Source: Treponemataceae bacterium (GTDB taxonomy: Bacteria; Spirochaetota; Spirochaetia; Treponematales; Rectinemataceae). From it: a stretch of 64,000 nt of DNA. Each line of letters starts with the position of its first letter. Position 1 is the first letter of the stretch. Where the stretch lies: positions 384,001 to 448,000 of the forward strand of contig CAXXVZ010000002.1 of the NCBI GenBank assembly GCA_963678065.2. The letters are read 5' to 3'. This document shows, in pieces, positions 19,244 through 28,939 of this stretch. The translations under genes and the position numbers were made by a program. The notes under the pieces were generated by a model. The model made no database searches and was not told where the DNA came from. It saw nothing but the letters and a program-made list of their open reading frames with translations.

Positions 19244-20182
19244 TCAGGCGAGGCTTCTGTCCAGCCGCCTGAGGGCCTCGAAGAGAAGGGCGACGAGCCC
19301 TTCCCTGTCGACGCCCGTGAGAACCCGGACGTTGGGCGCCTTCGAAAAACCCTTCCGGCGGTCGGCCACCGTCATGCCCCGCGTGATGAGGCCGTCGACC
19401 TCCACATCGACGTGGAGATCTTCGTACGTGAAAAGTTCGGGCGCAAGGAGGTAGGCGACGGCGCAAGGATCGTGCAGGGCGCTCCCCACGATCCCGAAGC
19501 GCTTCGAGTAGCGTGAATAGAAATCGAGGAGCTCGGCGACGAAGATGGAGGCCCGGCCGCCACGCTCGCGCAGGGCTTCCACCTCGCTCTCGTAGATGAG
19601 AGCCTTCTCGGTCACGTCGAGGCCGCTCATGACGATGGGGCGGCCGGCGTTGAAGACGATCCGGGCCGCGTCGGGATCCACGTAGATGTTGAACTCCGCG
19701 GCCGGGGTGATGTTGCCCTTCGAAACGCCGCCGCCCATGAGGGAGATACGCTCGATCTTCCCCGCGATCTCCGGGGAGCTCTCGATGAAGTCGGCGATAT
19801 TGGTGAGCGGGCCTATCGCCACGATGGTTACGGGGACTTGCGAGTTGCCTATCGATTGTCTGAGGAATTCTCTGGCGCCCACGCCCTCCTTTTCGAATGT
19901 CGGCGGAGGGAGCACCGGACCATCGAGGCCGCTCGCGCCGTGAGCGAAGCCTCCCGTGACGAGCTCGCGCCGGAGCGGCGCGCGGGCGCCTTCGGCCACA
20001 GGCAGGGAGCGCCTGACGTAGCTCAATATTTTCAGTGCGTTGAGTGTCACTTTGTCTATGGTCTGATTGCCCGCGACCGTCGTGAGCCCGAGAAGGGAGA
20101 GTTTCTCGGGATAGGCGAGAGCCATGAGGATGGCCATCGCGTCGTCGTGGCCCGGGTCGGTGTCGATGATTATGGGAGTCAT
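19244..20182 (-). CDS. Inosine/uridine-preferring nucleoside hydrolase
   Basis: DTDPGHDDA, GPLTN, AEFNIYVDP, LHDP. Confidence 0.94.
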   Translation of the reverse strand: MTPIIIDTDPGHDDAMAILMALAYPEKLSLLGLTTVAGNQTIDKVTLNALKILSYVRRSLPVAEGARAPLRRELVTGGFAHGASGLDGPVLPPPTFEKEGVGAREFLRQSIGNSQVPVTIVAIGPLTNIADFIESSPEIAGKIERISLMGGGVSKGNITPAAEFNIYVDPDAARIVFNAGRPIVMSGLDVTEKALIYESEVEALRERGGRASIFVAELLDFYSRYSKRFGIVGSALHDPCAVAYLLAPELFTYEDLHVDVEVDGLITRGMTVADRRKGFSKAPNVRVLTGVDREGLVALLFEALRRLDRSLA

Positions 20183-21108
20183 GCGCGAATGCCTTTTTTC
20201 TTCCGCTTGCGCGAATCCCCCGCCGCGTAAGCCACCAGTCCGATCACGGTGGCGAGGTAGGGCACGATTCTGACCAATTCGGAAGGGATGTTGAGGATGT
20301 TGAGGGAATTGGAGAGGGCGTCGGCCGCCCCGAAGAGAAGCGAGGCTCCCGTCGTACCGAGCACCGTTCCCCGCCCCATGGCTTCGGCCGCCAAAGCAAT
20401 CCAGCCCCGGCCGGCGGACATTCCCTGGGAGAACCAGGAGACGTAGCCCATGGAGAGGAAGGCTCCGCCAAGCCCGGCGAAGAGTCCGCTCAAGGCGAGA
20501 GCTATGTACCGGACACGGGTGACGTCGATGCCGACCGACTCGGCCGCGTTGGGGGCTTCTCCCGCGGCCTTGATCTTGAGACCGAGCGGAGTGCGCTTGA
20601 GCATGACGTAGACGCCCACCACACAGAGAACGCCGACATAGACGAGCACATTGTGGCCCGAGAAAATGCTGCCGAGGATGGGAATTTCCCGGAGCCCGGG
20701 CAGATCTACGTTCGGCAGCACCTTGCTCGGCAGGGAGGCCGAGGTGCCCTTGTCCCCGGTGAGGAGGAAGAGAGCGAATACCGAGCCACCGTCCGCGAAG
20801 AGATTGATGGCTATACCGCCCAGTATGACGTGGGTCTTCAGCCGCAGGGTGAAATAGGCGAGGACGAGGGCGACGACGATACCGACAAGGACGGCGGCGA
20901 GGAGGCCCACGAGCGCGCTCCCGCTCCAGGCGCTCCCGACGACGCCCGCGAGCGCCGAGAGCAGCATGATGCCCTCGAGTCCGATGTTCACCGCGCCTGC
21001 CCGGTCAGAAACGAGGGCGCCGAGGCCGGCGAAGAGTATCGGCGTCGTGACGCGGATCACCGAAAAGCAAAAATTCGTCGAAAAGATGATGGAAAGGAAA
21101 CCGTTCAC
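20179..21108 (-). CDS. Nucleoside ABC permease
   Basis: NIGLEGIML, GRGWIALAA, PYLAT; GTG start overlapping the upstream stop. Confidence 0.9.
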   Translation of the reverse strand: MNGFLSIIFSTNFCFSVIRVTTPILFAGLGALVSDRAGAVNIGLEGIMLLSALAGVVGSAWSGSALVGLLAAVLVGIVVALVLAYFTLRLKTHVILGGIAINLFADGGSVFALFLLTGDKGTSASLPSKVLPNVDLPGLREIPILGSIFSGHNVLVYVGVLCVVGVYVMLKRTPLGLKIKAAGEAPNAAESVGIDVTRVRYIALALSGLFAGLGGAFLSMGYVSWFSQGMSAGRGWIALAAEAMGRGTVLGTTGASLLFGAADALSNSLNILNIPSELVRIVPYLATVIGLVAYAAGDSRKRKKKGIRA

Positions 21109-22145
21109 GCGGCCACCTCCTTGAGCAGGCGGCGCTGCCGCCACACCGACAGGAAGCGCTCGGCCGAGATGAGGAGAATGATGACGGCCTGGATGACGGC
21201 AACGGTCTCGGCGGGCACATCGCTGCGCCGCGCCATGATGTCGGCCCCGATACGGATATACGCGAGGAAGAGGGCGGCCCCGAATACGGCCTCGGGCTTG
21301 TTCTTGGCGAGCATGGCGACGAGGGCGCCGTCGAGGCCGAGCCCGGTCGGCGAGGCCCAGCGGAACCTGTTGTACATGCCGAGGACTTCGACCGAGCCGC
21401 CCAGACCCGCGATGGCGCCAGCGACGAGGTGGGCCGCCATGACCGTACCGACAGCGTCGATGCCGGCGTACTCGGTGAAGCGACGATTCAGACCTATCAT
21501 TCTGATCGAGTATCCCGCGCGGCTGCGGTAGAGAAAAATGGAAACCAGGACCACCGCGGCGAGGGCCACGACCAAGCCCCAGTGGACCCTCGTGCCGGGG
21601 ATGAGCGCGGGAAGCCTGGCCGCGGCGGGGAATTCGAAGGAAGTTATGTCCGAGGTCGCGGGATCGCGCAGATAATAATTCAGGGCATAGAGCCCCAAAC
21701 CCGCGAAGATGCTGTTGAACATCAGCGAGGTGACGAGCTCGTTCGCATTCCATTTGGCCTTCATGAGCCCCGGAAGGGCGGTGCCGGCCATGCCGGCGAG
21801 AATGCCCGCGAGGAGGCCGGCGACGGGCAGCGCCACAGGTCCCAGCGGACAATAAAGGGCCACCACGGAGGCGGCGAGGCCGGCGATATAAAAACACCCC
21901 TCGGCGCCGAGGTTGAAGAGGCCGGCCTGGAAAAATACAGCCGTCGAGAGGCCTGTGAACGTCAGAGGAATCGCGAGTTCGACGACGTTGCCGATATACC
22001 GCCAGGAAAGAAGGGGCCGTACCGCGAAATTGAGGAGAGTCTCGAAGGGGCTCTTGGAAACAAAGAGGATGAGGATGAAGGCGATGAGGAGGGCGATGCC
22101 GACCGCAACCAGAGTCCTGACTCTCTCGAAGCGTTTTTCATTCAT
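21105..22145 (-). CDS. Nucleoside ABC permease
   Basis: FNLGAEG, NELVTSLM, GLDGALVAML. Confidence 0.9.
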   Translation of the reverse strand: MNEKRFERVRTLVAVGIALLIAFILILFVSKSPFETLLNFAVRPLLSWRYIGNVVELAIPLTFTGLSTAVFFQAGLFNLGAEGCFYIAGLAASVVALYCPLGPVALPVAGLLAGILAGMAGTALPGLMKAKWNANELVTSLMFNSIFAGLGLYALNYYLRDPATSDITSFEFPAAARLPALIPGTRVHWGLVVALAAVVLVSIFLYRSRAGYSIRMIGLNRRFTEYAGIDAVGTVMAAHLVAGAIAGLGGSVEVLGMYNRFRWASPTGLGLDGALVAMLAKNKPEAVFGAALFLAYIRIGADIMARRSDVPAETVAVIQAVIILLISAERFLSVWRQRRLLKEVAA

Positions 22146-23700
22146 GGACGACCGCCTTTCCCCTCGCAGGCTTTTCCTGCCTCTTGAGGCCGAGCATATA
22201 AAGGCCGAGTTCTTCTTCCGAGAGTTCCGAAGGGCGATCTACTTCGGCCACGATCTCTCCCTCGAAGAACACAATGAGTCGATCGCTCAGCTCGAGGACC
22301 TCGTTGATATCGGCGGAGACCATGAGGATGGCCGCCCCCGCGTCGCGCATCGCGAGGAGTTCGCGGTGTATCGTCTCAGCCGCCCCCACATCCACGCCCC
22401 GCGTGGGCTGCTCGGCGATGAGAAGAGAAGGATGGCTCGAGCATTCCCTCCCGACGACAACCTTCTGCACGTTGCCGCCGGAGAGCATCGAAATCTTCTG
22501 TTCCGGCCCCGGACTCGCGATCTCGTATTTCTCGATCACAGCCTTCGCGTTCGCGTTCACGGCCCGCGCCCGCATAAAGGGTCCCGACCAGAAGAGCGGC
22601 TCCCTGAGACGATTTGCGAGGAGATTCTCCGTGATGCTTCCCTCCATCGCCGATCCGACCTTGATGCGGTCCTCGGGGATATAGGAGACCCCGAGCGAGC
22701 GAATCCGGTCGATCTTCCCGCCGAGTATCGGCGTTTCGCCGACTGTGACACTGCCAGAGTCGGGAAGGACAGCTCCAGTCAGGATGTCGACGAGCTCGCG
22801 CTGGCCGTTGCCCTCGATGCCGGCGACGCCGAGGATCTCGCCGTCGCGCAACTCGAAGGACACAGCCTTGAGCGCCTTCTTCTTCGCCGAGACCGCCGCG
22901 TGGGAGAGGCCCTCGACCCTGAGACGGGGAAGCCCCCGGTGCGATGGCTTCTTGTCGAACGAGGCGGCCACGTCGCGGCCGACCATGCGGCGCGAGAGTT
23001 CTGCCTCCGAGACCGAGGAAGCCTCGAAGGTGCCGAGCGTCTCGCCCCGCTTGATGACGGTGATGCGGTCGCTTATCCGCTTCACCTCCTTGAGCTTGTG
23101 GGAGATGAAGATGATCGTGTGCCCCAGAGCCTTGAGCTTCCTGAGCTCGCCGAAGAGCTCCTCGGCTTCCTGCGGCGTGAGAACGGCCGTCGGCTCGTCG
23201 AGGATGAGGATAGTCGCGCCACGATAGAGGGCCTTGAGTATCTCGAGCTTCTGCATCATGCCGACAGAGATATCCGCCACCCTCGCGGCGCCGTCGATCG
23301 GCAAGCCATAGGCGGCGGACACCTCGGCGGACATGGACAAAGCCTTGGCCGCGTCGACGAAGAGACCTCCCTTCCGGGGCTCCACGCCGAGGAAAAGATT
23401 TTCCGCGACGGTGAGGGATGGCACGAGCATGAAGTGCTGGTGAACCATGCCGATACCGCGGGCTATCGCGTCGCGCGGAGAAGCGATGCGGGTCTCCACA
23501 CCACGGACGAGTATGCGTCCCCTGCTCGCCTGCTCGAGGCCATACAGGATCTTCATGAGCGTCGTCTTTCCGGCCCCGTTTTCACCGCAGATAGCGTGTA
23601 TCTCACCCTCCCGGAGGGTAAAATCGATGTTCCGGTTGGCGACGACGCCATTTTCATAGACTTTGGTTATGCCCTCGAGCACGAGGAGATCGGCTTGCAC
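22138..23700 (-). CDS. Nucleoside/sugar ABC ATP-binding protein (two cassettes)
   Basis: GENGAGKT, GMVHQHF, LSGGNVQK, QPTRGVDVGA. Confidence 0.93.
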   Translation of the reverse strand: MQADLLVLEGITKVYENGVVANRNIDFTLREGEIHAICGENGAGKTTLMKILYGLEQASRGRILVRGVETRIASPRDAIARGIGMVHQHFMLVPSLTVAENLFLGVEPRKGGLFVDAAKALSMSAEVSAAYGLPIDGAARVADISVGMMQKLEILKALYRGATILILDEPTAVLTPQEAEELFGELRKLKALGHTIIFISHKLKEVKRISDRITVIKRGETLGTFEASSVSEAELSRRMVGRDVAASFDKKPSHRGLPRLRVEGLSHAAVSAKKKALKAVSFELRDGEILGVAGIEGNGQRELVDILTGAVLPDSGSVTVGETPILGGKIDRIRSLGVSYIPEDRIKVGSAMEGSITENLLANRLREPLFWSGPFMRARAVNANAKAVIEKYEIASPGPEQKISMLSGGNVQKVVVGRECSSHPSLLIAEQPTRGVDVGAAETIHRELLAMRDAGAAILMVSADINEVLELSDRLIVFFEGEIVAEVDRPSELSEEELGLYMLGLKRQEKPARGKAVVHE

Positions 23701-23723
23701 AGGAACCTCCAGGTTACTTCAAT

Positions 23724-23755
23724 CGTTCACCCCTTCCTCGAGGAAGGGGTGAACG
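23724..23755. repeat. Perfect 32-bp palindrome between SBP and ATPase genes
   Basis: cgttcaccccttcctcgaggaaggggtgaacg equals its own reverse complement. Confidence 0.9.
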
Positions 23756-23809
23756 CATTTTACACCGCTCGAAGGCCGAGCATTATCCGGTAGCGGTCAA
23801 TTGGCGTTT

Positions 23810-24898
23810 TCAAGGCTTGACGGAATCCCGGAGCGCCTTGACCTGCTCGCTCGTCATGTCGAAGGCCGAATCGACCTTGATGGTGCCCGACGATATGCCG
23901 GCCTCGATCTTGTCGAGCTTGGCGCGGATGTCGGCGGGGATCGCGAGATAGTAGGAGTTCTTGGCGAGCCCGACCGCGCCGGCCTTCACGCCGAGGACTT
24001 CGTGCGTTCCGTAGGGCAGGTTCCCCGCGATGTGCATCTTGACCGCGCGGAGGATGGCCTCGTCGATGCGCTTTACGGTAGACGTGAGGATGTGCTGGGC
24101 CTTGACGGGATCGGTGTCGCTGAAGAGGGCGGCCTGATCGGAATCGACTCCGATGGCGTAGCGATTCTTTTCCTTGGCCGCGTCGATGAGGCCGAGGCCG
24201 GTGCCGCCCGCGACGTTGTAGGAGATGTCGACGCCCTGATTGTACTGGACGAGGGCGAGCTCTTTCCCCTTCGCCGGATCGGTGAAGCTCCCGGCGTAGG
24301 AGACGAAGACCTTCACGCTTTTGTCCACGTAGCGCGCGCCCTCGATGTAGCCCACGAGGAAGTCGTTGATGCCGGGTATATCCATGCCGCCGAGAAAGCC
24401 TATCGTCTTCTCGGGATTGGCGAGGGACATCTTCGAAGTGGTGACGAGGGCGGCCGCGGCCCCCGCGAGGAAGCCGACATCGTTCGTCGAGTAGAACATC
24501 GAGTAGACATTCTTCGGCGTCGCTTCGATGGATGTGTCGAAATTGATGAAGCGCTTGTTCGGATACTTCACCGCGGTGGCGTTCATGAGCTCGGTTATGG
24601 TATTGCCCGAAATGATGATATCCCAGGGCCCTTCGATGGCGTCGAGGAGACTGGGCTCCCACTTGGTGGAATCGGTGCCGATCTCCACGACCTTCGTCTT
24701 CACGCCGAGCTGTTCCTTGACGAGAACCATGCCCTGGTTGGCGGCATCGAAAAAGGACTTATCGCCGAGGCGGCCGGGGACGAGGAGAATGACACCGATG
24801 TCTTTTTTTGCCGGACCCGGCGCCGCCACGGCTTTCGCGCCAGGAATGGCGGCGAGAAGGGCGCAGAGGAGCCCAAAAACATACAGACTCTTTTTCAT
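23810..24898 (-). CDS. BMP-family nucleoside-binding protein
   Basis: LGDKSFFD, GFLAG, FTDPAKGKE, AGGTGLG, IGVDSDQ. Confidence 0.92.
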   Translation of the reverse strand: MKKSLYVFGLLCALLAAIPGAKAVAAPGPAKKDIGVILLVPGRLGDKSFFDAANQGMVLVKEQLGVKTKVVEIGTDSTKWEPSLLDAIEGPWDIIISGNTITELMNATAVKYPNKRFINFDTSIEATPKNVYSMFYSTNDVGFLAGAAAALVTTSKMSLANPEKTIGFLGGMDIPGINDFLVGYIEGARYVDKSVKVFVSYAGSFTDPAKGKELALVQYNQGVDISYNVAGGTGLGLIDAAKEKNRYAIGVDSDQAALFSDTDPVKAQHILTSTVKRIDEAILRAVKMHIAGNLPYGTHEVLGVKAGAVGLAKNSYYLAIPADIRAKLDKIEAGISSGTIKVDSAFDMTSEQVKALRDSVKP

Positions 24899-24926
24899 AT
24901 GAACCTCCTTGAATATAAAACACTCT

Positions 24927-24941
24927 ACTTAACGTTTAAGT
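24927..24941. promoter_or_regulatory. Candidate LacI-type operator ACTTAACGTTTAAGT
   Basis: Near-perfect palindrome around a central CG, upstream of the BMP gene and divergent from lacI; related ACTTAAAC at 25035. Confidence 0.6.
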
Positions 24942-25146
24942 GATGATTATACGAGTTTCCCGATATGTCAACCAGAAAAAGACAATAATCGCGGAATTGT
25001 ATGGATAAAAATGCCATAAAATACCAAATCCACAACTTAAACACTTAATTATTTTATTTGTCATCCGTCGACAAAACCTCAAAGCCATGCTAAAGTATTA
25101 ACATAGCAGCCGCGGATGACAGCCGTCCCGCGGGGATAGAGGTCGC

Positions 25147-26169
25147 ATGACTCCGAAATTGAAAGACATCGCCAACCGCGCTCAGGTATCGACGGCCGCG
25201 GTCTCCCTTGCGCTCAACAACAAATCCGGCGTGAGCAAAGAAACCGCGGAACGGATCCAGAAAATCGCGAGAGATCTCAACTATTCGATTCCCCGGGGCA
25301 AACTCGAAAGCCTCGAGACAGTCCGCTTCATACAGATCAACAAGCCTGACCAGATTATCGACCCCCTCCACAAAGGGTTTATCGCCGACTATCTCAAAGG
25401 GCTCACGAGAGCCGCCAAGGCGAGCGGCTACAAACTCGAGGTCGTGACCTTCTCCGGCCGGACGATGGATGAGGCGGTCATGTCCTTCGAGGAAGACAGC
25501 CCGGCGGGAGCCGTCATCCTCGGGGCAGGCCTGTGGCCGGAGGATGTCCGCCGTTTCGAAGGCGTTTCGGCCCCTCTCGCCTTCATCGATGTCTGTTACG
25601 ACTTCCTGCCCTTCGACTTCGTCGACATGAACAACGCCGATTCGGTCTTCCAGATCATCTCGCACCTCGTCGAGATGGGGCATTCCCGGATAGGCATTGT
25701 CCAATCCTCGGACGAGACACCCAATTTCACCATGCGCGAGGAAGCTTTCCTGAAAATACTCGCGTTCAAGGGACTCTCATTCGATCCCAACCACCGCTAC
25801 GTGATTCCCAAGGACGCCGAAAACGAGTCCCCCGAGTTCGAGAGGCGGCTTGCGAAGGACAAGGACCTTCCGACAGCCTTGTTCTGCGTCAACGATACGA
25901 TCGCCCACCGCGCAGTGCAGATACTCAGGGGCCGCGGCATACGCGTGCCCGAGGACCTCTCGATCGTCGGTTTCGACAATCTGCCCTCGAGCGAATACAT
26001 GGATCCTCCCCTCACGACCATCGACATCCGCAAAGACCTCATGGGCGAACGCGCCTTCTACCTTCTCATGGAGCGGATGAGGCTCGGCATGAACAAGCCG
26101 GCGGAAAAGATCAAGATCGACGGCACTCTCGTGAGGCGGGCCAGTGTCGCCGCGCCGGCCCGGTCATAA
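25147..26169 (+). CDS. LacI-family regulator
   Basis: LKDIANRAQVSTAAVSLALN HTH, VPEDLSIVGFDN, PPLTTI. Confidence 0.94.
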   Translation: MTPKLKDIANRAQVSTAAVSLALNNKSGVSKETAERIQKIARDLNYSIPRGKLESLETVRFIQINKPDQIIDPLHKGFIADYLKGLTRAAKASGYKLEVVTFSGRTMDEAVMSFEEDSPAGAVILGAGLWPEDVRRFEGVSAPLAFIDVCYDFLPFDFVDMNNADSVFQIISHLVEMGHSRIGIVQSSDETPNFTMREEAFLKILAFKGLSFDPNHRYVIPKDAENESPEFERRLAKDKDLPTALFCVNDTIAHRAVQILRGRGIRVPEDLSIVGFDNLPSSEYMDPPLTTIDIRKDLMGERAFYLLMERMRLGMNKPAEKIKIDGTLVRRASVAAPARS

Positions 26170-26197
26170 ATCCGGGGAGCGCGGGCAAGACTATTTC

Positions 26198-27838
26198 TTA
26201 TCGCTCATCGACGATCGCGACCCAGGACGGCGACTCCCCCGGCCTCAATTCCAGAATGTGCCGTTCGCAGGCCAGCACCTCGTCCGGATCGTGGGTCACG
26301 TGGATGAGGGTCGAGCGACCGTGATCCGCGATCGCCCCGAGGAGGTCGAGGACGCGGCGGCGGTGCGCGGCGTCGAGGCCGTGGCAGGGTTCGTCCAGAA
26401 CGAGAAGGGCCGGACTCTTGATCGCGGCCCGCGCCACGAGAAGGGCGCGCTGTTCGCCGAAGGACAGATGTCCGAAACGCTCGCGTCCCCGGCCCGCGAA
26501 TCCGGCGAGAAAGAGCCAGTGCCGGGCAAGCGCGATCTGCGCGTCGCCGGCCTCGCAGTAGAGTCCGATCGAGTCGTGCAGTCCAGAGACGAGGACATCC
26601 TCCAGGCTGGAATCGTCGAGGTAGCGGTACTCCAAGTGGAGCCGGTACGAGACGATGCCCATGCGGGCCTTGATCTCCCAAACCGTCTCGCCCGTCCCGC
26701 GCCGCCGCCCGAACAAGCGAACATCGTTGCTGAAAGCCTGGGGATTGTCCCCGGTGATCAGCTCGAGGAGGGTCGTCTTGCCCGAGCCGTTGGGGCCGCG
26801 CACGAGCCAGTGCTCGCCTGCGCAGACCTTCCACGAGAGCGAGTCGAGCACCTTCCGCCCTGACCAGCCCACCGTGACATCGCGCAGCTCGACGAGAACG
26901 GTGTCGCGCCCCCCTCTCGGCGAGGGAGCGCCGGAGAGGGAACCTGCCTCGGCTTCGGCGACAGTCAGAGAGTCCAGGAACCCGGAACGTTCCGCACTCG
27001 CGGCGCGTTCCGCCTCGGCAGTCCTGGCCGCGAGAAGTCTCTCCCACTCCCCTCGCTCTCCCGCGAAGGAGATGGAAAGCCCCGACAGTTCGACAACGCG
27101 GTTGACCGCGCGCGGAATCCGCTCCCAGCGATCCGCCACGAGGACGAGGATGGGAGCGGTCCGCGCTGACGCACTGGCTTCCCGGGCGGTTCCGGATCTG
27201 CGGACAAAATCGACAACGCCGCCGGTTTCGACACCCTGGGCGGTTTCCTCCGCGAGGCGCCCGAGGATCCCATCCAGGACGGCTCGCGCCCCGGCATCGA
27301 GCCCCTCGTAGGGCTCGTCCAGAACGAGGAGCTCAGGCTCGGCCGCGAGAGCCTGAGCGAGGAGTGTCCGCCTGATCTCCCCGGTGGACAGGCGCTTGAG
27401 CCCCCGGTCCAGGATTGGCCCGATGCCGCAGGCCAGGACCGCCGGGTGCGACTCGAGCCCGGCACCGTCGGGATACTGCGCTCCGATACGGGCGGCTAGT
27501 GCCCGGACAATGAAGCGCCGGACGGGTGTGCCCGGATCGATTCCGCCCTCCACGAAATCCGAGTCGTCGTTCGCGCGCTCGCGCTCGATGACGGCGGCGG
27601 CTTCCTCGAAGGAAACGAGGATGGACTTTCCGGAAAACTCATTCCGGACCACGCCGCCCGCCTGCGCCCGGACGGGGAGCGCGCCCGCGAGAGCCGCGGC
27701 GAAGGCGCTCTTGCCCCCGCCATTCGGCCCCGTCACGACCCAGGCCTCGCCGGATCGCAACTCCCAGTCGATCCCGGAAAGAATGGGCGCTCCAGGTTGC
27801 CCTATCGCACAGTTCGCGAAGCTGATCAGGCTTTCCAC
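26198..27838 (-). CDS. modF: ModF-like double ABC ATPase
   Basis: GPNGGGKS, LSTGEIRR, GPNGSGKTT, GETVWEIKARMG, LSFGEQR. Confidence 0.8.
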   Translation of the reverse strand: MESLISFANCAIGQPGAPILSGIDWELRSGEAWVVTGPNGGGKSAFAAALAGALPVRAQAGGVVRNEFSGKSILVSFEEAAAVIERERANDDSDFVEGGIDPGTPVRRFIVRALAARIGAQYPDGAGLESHPAVLACGIGPILDRGLKRLSTGEIRRTLLAQALAAEPELLVLDEPYEGLDAGARAVLDGILGRLAEETAQGVETGGVVDFVRRSGTAREASASARTAPILVLVADRWERIPRAVNRVVELSGLSISFAGERGEWERLLAARTAEAERAASAERSGFLDSLTVAEAEAGSLSGAPSPRGGRDTVLVELRDVTVGWSGRKVLDSLSWKVCAGEHWLVRGPNGSGKTTLLELITGDNPQAFSNDVRLFGRRRGTGETVWEIKARMGIVSYRLHLEYRYLDDSSLEDVLVSGLHDSIGLYCEAGDAQIALARHWLFLAGFAGRGRERFGHLSFGEQRALLVARAAIKSPALLVLDEPCHGLDAAHRRRVLDLLGAIADHGRSTLIHVTHDPDEVLACERHILELRPGESPSWVAIVDER

Positions 27839-28773
27839 GATCCCTCCGGATAGACCCGCTCGAGGATGGCGGTCACGGCGGACTTCATCTTTCCGGACGC
27901 GCTTTCAGGGACACGGAGCAGCCCGGAGCCCCCACGCTCTGGCCGCATGACAAAGCCGATATCGTAGTCCCCGAATCCGGCGCCGGCCTCGTACTGCACG
28001 AGACCTTCGGCGAAGGGGCTGTTCTCGAGGACGATGCGGGGCACGAGCCCCAGACCGAGTCCCAGCCGCGCAAAAGCCAGAACAGCCTCGTTGCCGGCAG
28101 TCTCGGCGGCGATGTGGGGCTTGACTCCGGCGTGCCGCGCCCAGCGATCAAACCGCGCCCTGGCCAAGCCCGCGAGCGGCAGAATGAGAGGAACCGTACC
28201 GAAGACAACCTTCAGACGCTTCTCGCCTGCGAGGTCGAGCGCCCCGTAGGGGCCCCGCCCCGACGACACGAACACCAGCGGAGTCCGCCGGACCGAGTAG
28301 GAAACAAGGTCGACAAAACCGCCTTCCGGCAATGCGGCGAGGGCGAGATCGGCCTTGCCCTCGCGCACCGCGTTCTCGGCCCCCGCCGGATCGCCTGTCT
28401 CCACGGCGAGCCTGAGTTCCGGATGCTCGCTGTGCATGGCCTCGGCGAAAGGTGGAAGTATCGAGTAGCAGGCTGTCACCGAGGCATAGACCCGGAGCGT
28501 CCCGCGCAGCCGCCCGTCGCCTGAATCCAGCGACAGCCGCAGCTCGTCCCGCCGCCTGAGGCTCTCCTCGGCAAACGAAAGGAAGGTCGAACCCTCTGCG
28601 GTCAGATCGACGCGCCGGGTGTCCCGCTCGAAGAGCCTGACGCCCAGCTCATCCTCCAGCCGGCCGAGGAGCCTGGAGAGCCCAGAGGGGCTCGTGTGAA
28701 CGGCAGCCGCCGCGCGCGCGAAGTGCAATGTCCGGGCGAGTACGACAAAGGCTTCGAGTTCGTGGAAATCCAT
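27826..28773 (-). CDS. ilvY: LysR-family activator IlvY
   Basis: LHFARAA HTH, YASVTACYSILP, TGDPA; ilvC nearby in divergent orientation. Confidence 0.85.
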   Translation of the reverse strand: MDFHELEAFVVLARTLHFARAAAAVHTSPSGLSRLLGRLEDELGVRLFERDTRRVDLTAEGSTFLSFAEESLRRRDELRLSLDSGDGRLRGTLRVYASVTACYSILPPFAEAMHSEHPELRLAVETGDPAGAENAVREGKADLALAALPEGGFVDLVSYSVRRTPLVFVSSGRGPYGALDLAGEKRLKVVFGTVPLILPLAGLARARFDRWARHAGVKPHIAAETAGNEAVLAFARLGLGLGLVPRIVLENSPFAEGLVQYEAGAGFGDYDIGFVMRPERGGSGLLRVPESASGKMKSAVTAILERVYPEGSWKA

Positions 28774-28794
28774 GCGGCGGAGTGTAGACAAAAA

Positions 28795-28839
28795 ATGACA
28801 TTCCAGCAATAGTTGTATGTTTTTGTTTCATTACCAGCA
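28795..28839 (+). promoter_or_regulatory. Paired LysR T-N11-A boxes upstream of ilvY / M14 gene
   Basis: ATG-N9-CAA (28795) and ATG-N9-CAT (28817), 22 bp apart. Confidence 0.55.
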
Positions 28840-28939
28840 GTCATGATCCAGCCATGCTACCCTTTCGGGGCCACCGCAAAGACTATCGATCGGCAGACTG
28901 CAGTCCCGGTATACGCACATTTTTTGATCAGGAGAAAAC

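Noticed and set aside
21913..23793. Long antisense ORFs (also 12369..13904, 50893..52767, 62203..63465)
   Set aside because: Mirror frames of well-supported genes, with no recognisable motifs
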